Source: Candidatus Kuenenia stuttgartensis | GTDB taxonomy: Bacteria > Planctomycetota > Brocadiia > Brocadiales > Brocadiaceae | DNA: 32,000 bases | Assembly: GCF_900232105.1 (NCBI RefSeq) | Contig: NZ_LT934425.1 | Location: forward strand, 360,001-392,000 | Direction of reading: 5' to 3' | Shown: one piece after another, positions 26,126-32,000 of the stretch | Position numbering within the stretch: position 1 is the stretch's first letter | How the letters are laid out: each line of letters opens with the position of its first letter | Notes under the pieces: model-generated | Databases searched by the model: none | Told to the model about the DNA's origin: nothing | The model's input: the letters and a program-made list of their open reading frames with translations, nothing else | Program-made: the position numbers and the translations under genes

Positions 26126-26262
26126 GTAACACTTTAGTTTTTTTAAAAATTCCAATACTCGCCGTGTAGGGTCAAAGCATTTGCCCGTTTGGGTATGAAC
26201 GCATTTATGACAGTTTACATCAAATGCTTCGCCCCTGCTTTTTCAAAAAGCTAAAGTGTTAC
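26126..26262. repeat. MITE-like palindromic element, TIR family A, core type 2 (loop inverted relative to the 13012 copy)
   Basis: gtaacactttagtttttttaaaaattccaatactc...tagggtcaaagcatttgc-ccgtttgggtatgaacgcatttatgacagtttacat-caaatgcttcgcccc...tttttcaaaaagctaaagtgttac. It lies 25 nt upstream of the recD2 start. Confidence 0.85.
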
Positions 26263-26754
26263 TAAAATATTACGTACTATTTCCCTACAACATGATATGA
26301 TAGCGATGAAAATGTTAATTTAAAAAATCCTTGTATTTCAGATAGTTTGATTTTAGCATGTTTTTTGTAACATTTTGTAACATTTTAGATATTAGCCTTG
26401 TATTATCCTTCACTATTTTTAAAGCGTTTAAACAATGATACCTTGTAATAAATGCAGCCAGCATATTGGCGAACGTCTCTGTATTGGACTGGGAGACTGG
26501 CTTTGCCCGAAGTGTTGTGGACAATATCGCATTGTTGACATAAATTGCTGGAAGTATTGTCCCTTCTTTTTTAAAGAAGAAATCCCCGTCAATGCTGAAA
26601 AACAGAAACAATAACTGATTACCCGGGAAAAACCGCAGAAAACATTTACGGACGAAAACGATAATCGCTGCTTTAACAAAAGCATGTAATGAGAGGAGCG
26701 TTTTCCCCCTGGTATGCGGAGAAACCATTTTCAAAATTACCCGGCAAACGCCAC

Positions 26755-27561
26755 ATGGCAAATCAACGGTCACGGATAATAACACTTCTTACGGACTTCG
26801 GAATTCATGATGCTTATACCGGCATTATGAAGGGAGTGATTGCCGGGATTAATCCGCATGCCAACATCATCGATCTGTGCCATATGATTCCGCCACAAGA
26901 CGTTTTTCGCGGGGCATATATACTGTACACCTCTTACCAGTATTTTCCAAAAGGAACTATACACATTGCCGTTATTGACCCCGGCGTTGGCAGTGAAAGA
27001 AACATACTCTGTGCAGAATGCAAAGGACACCTGTTCCTTGCCCCGGATAATGGTTTATTGAGTTTTATCCTTCAAAAAGAAAAGACTAAAACCATCACAC
27101 GTGTGACAAATACCAAATTTTTCCTGCCGGGGCAAAGCAATACCTTTCATGGACGGGACATCTTCGCACCGGTAGCGGCACATCTGTCACTTGGCATCTT
27201 ACCCGATCAGTTAGGCAGGAAAATCAATCAGTTCCGTCAGATTGACATGCCAAATCCCGTATTTGCAAAAGAAAACAGAAGGATTAACGGAACCATTCTC
27301 TCTATTGACCATTTTGGCAACCTCATTACCAACATCACAGAAAAAGACATAGATAATTTAGAAACAACCACAAACAATCTAATTTTAACGGTAGACAATG
27401 AGAAAATAAAGGGCTTAAGTAATACCTATGCCGATGTAAAAACCGGCATGCCACTTATGTTTATAGGAAGTGCGGGGTTTTTAGAAATATCAGTAAATCA
27501 GGGAAATGCCAAAAAACATTTCAGGGCAAAACAAGGCCACAAGGTTTACCTCGATGCTTGA
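26755..27561 (+). CDS. SAM hydroxide adenosyltransferase family protein (DUF62; fluorinase/chlorinase superfamily)
   Basis: IITLLTDFGIHDAYTGIMKGVI, HIAVIDPGVGSER and TFHGRDIFAPVAAHL. The ORF is open from 26689, but the Met at 26755 gives the usual short N-terminus. Confidence 0.85.
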   Translation: MANQRSRIITLLTDFGIHDAYTGIMKGVIAGINPHANIIDLCHMIPPQDVFRGAYILYTSYQYFPKGTIHIAVIDPGVGSERNILCAECKGHLFLAPDNGLLSFILQKEKTKTITRVTNTKFFLPGQSNTFHGRDIFAPVAAHLSLGILPDQLGRKINQFRQIDMPNPVFAKENRRINGTILSIDHFGNLITNITEKDIDNLETTTNNLILTVDNEKIKGLSNTYADVKTGMPLMFIGSAGFLEISVNQGNAKKHFRAKQGHKVYLDA

Positions 27562-27584
27562 ACAAAAAGAAACCCACCTATCTA

Positions 27585-27625
27585 TAATACTTTAGTTTTT
27601 TGAAAACTTCCAATAATCGCGAGGT
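27585..27625. repeat. Solo family-A TIR plus spacer
   Basis: ataatactttagttttttgaaaacttccaataatcgcgagg abuts the truncated MCP remnant. Confidence 0.6.
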
Positions 27626-27865
27626 ATTCTCAAATTCTGTTACGCAGGTTAAAAGGGTAGCTGCTCTGATAAATGAGATTGCTTCCGCTTCAGAAGAACA
27701 AAGCAATGGCATTCAGCAGATGGATCAGGTAGTGCAAAAAATGCCGCAACTGCAGAAGAGGCTGCTTCGGCAGGAGAAGAATTGACGGCGCAAGCCCAGG
27801 AACTTAATGCCCTTGTAAAAACAATATCCCTCGAAGTCAATGCAAGCGAAGGGGAACACCATTAG
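27621..27865 (+). pseudogene. 5'-truncated, frameshifted remnant of a methyl-accepting chemotaxis protein C-terminus
   Basis: One frame reads ...VKRVAALINEIASASEEQSNGIQQMDQVVQK. After an A6 run (27736-27741) the MCP-like sequence continues in another frame as NAATAEEAASAGEELTAQAQELNALVKTISLEV...stop (27863-27865). One extra A would restore the frame. No upstream MCP domains are present. Confidence 0.75.
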
Positions 27866-27875
27866 CCTGAGTCCT

Positions 27876-28067
27876 CAATCGGCAATCTGCAATTTGCAAT
27901 TTGCCGACTGCATAATGGTGAAATCCGAAATGCGAAATACGAAGCAAATTCCAAACTTCAACTGTTCAAAACCGGGTTTTTTTCATTGGGATTTTGTATT
28001 TTTGAATTTATTTCGGACTTTGTATTTCGTACTTCAAATTTTTTATCTAACGCATGTTTGGTTCTGG
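27876..28067. repeat. Low-complexity palindromic repeat (family E, long version)
   Basis: The caatctgcaatttgcaatttgcc tract is followed by imperfect inverted arms aaatccgaaatgcgaaatacgaagcaaattccaaa and tttgaatttatttcggactttgtatttcgtacttc. It ends with gcatgtttggttctgg, shared with 2992-3007. Confidence 0.65.
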
Positions 28068-28089
28068 TTATACCAACTTAGGTACTGAA

Positions 28090-29625
28090 TCATTTTTTCT
28101 TATCCAAACAGGCGGTGATCCTGTTTTTGCCATTTTTCTTCGATTCTAATAATGCCTTATCTGCACGTCCAATAAGACCGCTCCTGTTTAAGTTATCTAT
28201 TGATGGTTTCGTTTCCGCCACACCAATGCTTATTGTTACTTTATATTGTTCTTTATTATCGGCAAAGACATGCTCTGCAACCCTTTGGCGCAGTCTCTCT
28301 GCAACAATCAAGGCGCCTTCCAGATCTGATTCAGGCAAGACTATTGCAAATTCTTCTCCCCCGTAGCGGGCGAGTATGTCATAAGTTCTGATTCCCTTTT
28401 TCAATAAATCGCACAATTCCTTTAAAATAAAATCACCTGCCTGGTGGCCATAGTTATCGTTAAATTTTTTAAAATTATCCACATCGAGCATGATTAAACA
28501 AAAAACGCCCTTTTTCCTTTTTGTTCTATTAAGTTCCCTTTCAAGAAATATTTGTAAATACCGATGATTATATACTTCCGTTAACCCGTCTATATTGGCA
28601 AGACTTTCAAGCCACTTATTTTTTATCTCAAGCTCCCTGGCCGCTTTCTGCATTTGTATTTTTGCATTGACAAGTTCTTTATTCATTTGATCATACGTCA
28701 GATTTATTCCACTGAGAATGGTATTTGCTTCAATCAATATCTCCTCAATAGATTTTGGCTTCTTAATATAAAACCCAAAATAGTTTGCATTATGCACCAC
28801 CTCCAGGTCAACTTTATCCAATATATCGTCAATTACTGCCTTGCTAAAACCCAAATTAACCTTCATTTCCTTAATAAATGTATCATAATATTTATTCGGC
28901 TCATTAGAATATAAAATGTTGGATACCAACCCTGAAAAATAAATAACATTTGTGTAAAGTTGTGCCTTTTTATCATCTCCTTTGTTCTTTTCCGGAAAAT
29001 GGTGATGTTGAATGGGAACTGATAATATATCCGGGAAGCACCAGTTCTTTGTAATCTCATAGCCTATTTGTGCGTGGTCTATACCGATAATTTGCTGCTC
29101 AATCTCAATAATGTTTTTTTTACTATTTTGCGCCTCTTTAGCGACCTGATCGTATAATTCTGGGTGTGTGCTCGCTATAATTAATTTGCCAATATCTTTT
29201 AAAAGTCCCGCAATAAATATCTCCTCAAGATCATTATTATCAATTTTATTCTTAATCAACCTGGCAACAACTGCGGTAGCAAGAGATTTCACCAAAAAAT
29301 CTTCATACATGAATAATTCCGCCTTATTGCCTCCTTTAATTGAGAGAAATGAAAAGGAAAGAACCAGGCTCCTTATAGCATTGATTCCGATACATGATAT
29401 TGCTTGCTGTATGGTGCTTATTTTATATGCAAAACCATAATAGGCAGAATTAGCAATCTTTAATACTTTCGCAGAAAGCGAAACGTCTTTTGATAACATA
29501 CCTGCTATTTCTTTTACAGACGTTTCCTCTTTTGATGTAAGGGAAATAATTTCTGATGCTACGGAAGGTAATGTTGGCAGGTCTGGCGATTTTAGTATAT
29601 CCTTTAAAATATCTTCTTTTTTCAT
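28090..29625 (-). CDS. HDOD-domain / GGDEF diguanylate cyclase
   Basis: 511-aa ORF. The N-terminal HDOD region is LPTLPSVASEIISL...VKEIAGMLSKDVSLSAKVLKIANSAYYG. A coiled-coil linker follows. The GGDEF domain has DGLTEVYNHRY and RYGGEEFAIVL, with an RxxD I-site (RTYD) 5 residues upstream. SD ggag lies 8 nt before the ATG. Confidence 0.9.
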   Translation of the reverse strand: MKKEDILKDILKSPDLPTLPSVASEIISLTSKEETSVKEIAGMLSKDVSLSAKVLKIANSAYYGFAYKISTIQQAISCIGINAIRSLVLSFSFLSIKGGNKAELFMYEDFLVKSLATAVVARLIKNKIDNNDLEEIFIAGLLKDIGKLIIASTHPELYDQVAKEAQNSKKNIIEIEQQIIGIDHAQIGYEITKNWCFPDILSVPIQHHHFPEKNKGDDKKAQLYTNVIYFSGLVSNILYSNEPNKYYDTFIKEMKVNLGFSKAVIDDILDKVDLEVVHNANYFGFYIKKPKSIEEILIEANTILSGINLTYDQMNKELVNAKIQMQKAARELEIKNKWLESLANIDGLTEVYNHRYLQIFLERELNRTKRKKGVFCLIMLDVDNFKKFNDNYGHQAGDFILKELCDLLKKGIRTYDILARYGGEEFAIVLPESDLEGALIVAERLRQRVAEHVFADNKEQYKVTISIGVAETKPSIDNLNRSGLIGRADKALLESKKNGKNRITACLDKKK

Positions 29626-29792
29626 ATCAATACTCCACTATTAATGTATAGGGCGTTTGCAAAACGGACCTTTTTGGCCACTTAATACTTATAGTTAGCG
29701 CATGGATACACTGCACAAACATCAATAGCATTGGAATTTCTTAAAAACATAAATTGTTACTATTTACCGTAAAATATATTTTTCAATTTTTA

Positions 29793-31508
29793 CCTAAATC
29801 CTGCAAACGATTTTCGCAATGCGAAAACCAGTATTTTCCACTACCAAGATTGGCAAAAAGCGATAACAGATATCCGTTTTTTAGCAATTGTGGTAGCGCT
29901 ATTGTACTACTTTAAACAAAAAGACATGGGAAATTGTCGGAAACGTGCTCTCTGATGCAATGAAAATCAAGATAGGGATGTACTGTCTCCATCTGCGGTA
30001 TACTTACCACTCTCAAAAGACTAAAAAAACGAAATACAACGTCGGTTTTCTACTGAAAAACTACATCCAGTGACATGCGTTCCCACTTTTCCCATTCCTC
30101 CTGATGGAGAAATTTCTCCGGCAATTTTAATGTCATCTGCCGGCTTCTCTCCACCAGTTTCCCTGCCACACGGATTAACCACAGTCTCATCGTCTTTACT
30201 TCCCACTGTTGTATCACTCCACCACTGAGCAATCCCATCCACTTCAAAAGATTATACGCTAACACCGCACACTGAAATAGCGCAGCATTGGCCAAAAATT
30301 CACCCGTACGTATGTGCCCCGCATTCATCTGTCCTTTACTCTCTTCTATCAAAGTCTCGCAGGTAGCCCTCTTTCCATAACAACGATGCGCTTCCATCGG
30401 ACTTAACCGCTCCGTTGTAACGTAACAAAAATACTCATACACGGACACTTCTACTAATTTCTTTTCTCTTTTGACCAATTGCCGCACTGCCACAAAACGT
30501 CTCGCACGATCCCACCCTGCACATCGATACCAAAATTCAGCCTGTTCCCATCCTGGCTCCCCTTTCACCTCATTCCATTTCTGCCCTTCAAGCAATCCTT
30601 CCAGATTCTTCAGCTTTACCTTAATCAGATATCCCGCCAATATTGACTCAAGGTATTCAAGTAATTCTCCGGTAAAAAAACCGCTGTCTCCTCGAAATAC
30701 CACCCTTACCCCCTTATTCATGTACGCCATACATTCCTTCATGAACTCTACTACTCCGTTACTCGTGTAGGCGCTTCCACAGCGGAACCAACTATGTAAT
30801 ACCTCCTTTGTTTCTGCAATAAATGCCATTAAGGGATGATACGCCTTCTGCCCCTTCTTGTGCGGATTATATCCTACCTCTGCACCCTCCTGTTTCCCAT
30901 ATACACCATCTACGGTAGAATCAACATCTATCCATACTTCGCAAAGAGCACTCCTGAGTTTATGGCCTGATCTCACCGCACGCTTCCATATCTTTCCCCT
31001 AAACCGGTGGATCACCCCCGTCAGTTCCACTATATCTCCCTGACTCGCCAGCTTCATAATACGTCCTATCGTAGTATCTACAGGTACCTCTTTCCACCCG
31101 GACATCTTCTTCAATACCTCATCTGTACACACCTTCATCACCTCTACCATCGATGTCGCCCCTGCTATCAACCCTATCACTACCATTTGTACCGCATCGA
31201 CAAACTGATACCGGGCATTTGCTCCACGATCCTTATGGACCGCTTCATGGACTCTCTCCCGGAACATCAGCTTACCCATAAAATTCAATACCGGTAAAAG
31301 CCCTGCATGTACCGTTAAGCCTTTCCCGCTCATCTCTGCCTTGATTTTCGGTTGTCTTTTGCTGTATTTTTTTGCTATATTCTTCATCGAAATGGTGAAT
31401 CTCCTTTCAGGTGTTTTTTGTTATCAATATACCGCCGAATACCTTGGAAATCCTACCATTTCAATCCTATTCCTGCAACAAGGCTTTGCCTTGTTTGCAG
31501 GATTTAGG
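29793..31508 (-). mobile_element. Intact IS1380-family insertion sequence
   Basis: Perfect 16-bp terminal IRs: cctaaatcctgcaaac (29793-29808) and gtttgcaggatttagg (31493-31508). A 5-bp direct repeat tttta lies at 29788-29792 and 31509-31513. It carries a single DDE transposase ORF and has higher G+C than its surroundings (spot count 52%). Confidence 0.85.
30050..31387 (-). CDS. IS1380-family DDE transposase
   Basis: 445-aa ORF with WIDVDSTVDGVYGKQEGAEVGYNPHKKGQKAYHPL, VFRGDSGF and YGKRATCETLIEESK, which is the D, D, E context typical of IS1380/DDE_Tnp_1_4. Confidence 0.85.
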   Translation of the reverse strand: MKNIAKKYSKRQPKIKAEMSGKGLTVHAGLLPVLNFMGKLMFRERVHEAVHKDRGANARYQFVDAVQMVVIGLIAGATSMVEVMKVCTDEVLKKMSGWKEVPVDTTIGRIMKLASQGDIVELTGVIHRFRGKIWKRAVRSGHKLRSALCEVWIDVDSTVDGVYGKQEGAEVGYNPHKKGQKAYHPLMAFIAETKEVLHSWFRCGSAYTSNGVVEFMKECMAYMNKGVRVVFRGDSGFFTGELLEYLESILAGYLIKVKLKNLEGLLEGQKWNEVKGEPGWEQAEFWYRCAGWDRARRFVAVRQLVKREKKLVEVSVYEYFCYVTTERLSPMEAHRCYGKRATCETLIEESKGQMNAGHIRTGEFLANAALFQCAVLAYNLLKWMGLLSGGVIQQWEVKTMRLWLIRVAGKLVERSRQMTLKLPEKFLHQEEWEKWERMSLDVVFQ

Positions 31509-31574
31509 TTTTATTTTCTATTGCCTTATTATACTTTACTATACTTGAAGTTTAGTGCACAAATCCAACTTTTT

Positions 31575-31687
31575 GTAACACTTTAGTTTTTTGAAAAAGT
31601 AGGGGCGAAGCATTTGCCCGTTTGGATATGAACGCATTTATGACAATTTACAGCAAATGCTTCGCCCCTACACTGCGATTATTGGAA
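31575..31687. repeat. MITE-like element, TIR family A, core type 2 (reverse orientation, right TIR missing or shared)
   Basis: gtaacactttagttttttgaaaaa-gtaggggcgaagcatttgc-ccgtttggatatgaacgcatttatgacaatttacag-caaatgcttcgccccta-cactgcgattattggaa. Confidence 0.75.
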
Positions 31688-31771
31688 ACAGTTTAGATTT
31701 TTGGAAAAACAAAAATGCTCGTTCCCAAGCTCCGGCTTGGGAACGTAATTGCGTTAGAAGCTCTGGCTTCC
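31688..31771. repeat. Family-A-type TIR joined to a family-B core
   Basis: acagtttagatttttggaaaaacaaaaatgctcgttcccaagctccggcttgggaacgtaattgcgttagaagctctggcttcc matches the reverse complement of 23729-23816. Confidence 0.7.
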
Positions 31772-31856
31772 ATTTAGCCGGCAAGCGAAACTTCGTGTAT
31801 TATTCGATTCAAAAGAGGTTTTCCAAATATCTTGGGTAACATACAGAAAAACGGGT

Positions 31857-31990
31857 GCATTCCCGATTGTTTGTAAGCGTTCATGGAGTCGGGGCAAAAC
31901 AACCCTGACAGGGTTTGAAACCCTGTCAGGGTTAACACTACTGCAACGTTTCATTAAAACATGGCGGAAATCACAAAAAATCGGGAATAC
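31857..31990. repeat. Family-D inverted pair enclosing a perfect 15-bp-stem hairpin
   Basis: gcattcccgattgtttg (31857-31873) and cacaaaaaatcgggaatac (31972-31990) bracket aaccctgacagggtt-tga-aaccctgtcagggtt (31901-31933). The adjoining ggggcaaaacaac matches gttgttttgcccc at about 7480 in inverse orientation. Confidence 0.7.
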
Positions 31991-32000
31991 ACCCCAGAAA

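Noticed and set aside
27600-27840. Track ORFs 27600-27785 (+) and 27649-27840 (-) as genes
   Set aside because: The plus ORF starts at a TTG inside a MITE end and is the first frame of the frameshifted MCP remnant. The minus ORF is its antisense shadow.
30021-31297. Small ORFs inside the IS (30021-30242 on the minus strand; 30471-30770, 30858-31043 and 31007-31297 on the plus strand)
   Set aside because: They are contained within, or antisense to, the intact transposase gene and are Pro/Ser/Thr-rich shadow frames.
1-32000. A CRISPR array, suggested by the many short repeats
   Set aside because: The repeats are palindromic, irregularly spaced, in both orientations and dispersed. There is no regular repeat-spacer periodicity and there are no cas genes.

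Overview
Bacterial chromosomal segment, visibly AT-rich (about 40% G+C in coding lines by hand spot counts), with the gene content of a diderm.

Gene order, left to right:
- A minus-strand ferrous-iron module: feoB, an overlapping RseC-like Cys-rich membrane ORF, and a regulator-like ORF running off the left edge.
- Two tandem YkgJ-type Cys-cluster proteins.
- A tightly coupled plus-strand pair of a B12-binding radical SAM enzyme and a type III polyketide synthase. This is my best candidate for an undescribed small-molecule or lipid pathway.
- A repeat-saturated non-coding stretch.
- hup (HU) and typA/bipA, convergent on one bidirectional terminator.
- A decayed O-antigen-ligase fragment plus a DUF6883/DUF4926 two-gene cassette, bracketed by a perfect 233-bp duplication of the 3' end of the intact ligase gene.
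- A six-gene minus-strand LPS-core/O-antigen-type operon: tandem-domain Kdo/WaaP-like kinase, 2x GT4, 2x GT2, ligase.
- A G+C-rich single-gene island encoding an unrecognisable 518-aa protein, next to an orphan antitoxin-like gene.
- A TMTC-like GT-C/TPR membrane protein.
- recD2, whose 3' end is also duplicated around a 294-bp repeat insertion.
- A DUF62 (SAM hydroxide adenosyltransferase) homologue, a frameshifted MCP remnant and an HDOD-GGDEF cyclase.
- An intact IS1380-family element with 16-bp IRs and a 5-bp TSD, sitting just upstream of the cyclase.

Several families of MITE/REP-like palindromic repeats sit at gene boundaries and generate many spurious ORFs. I saw no rRNA, tRNA or CRISPR array.

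Limits: the taxon cannot be determined from the window. Repeat style and gene content give me an unverified hunch of a Planctomycetota (anammox-like) genome. All homology calls are motif recognition by eye, and coordinates of non-ORF features are hand-counted (+/- 2 nt).
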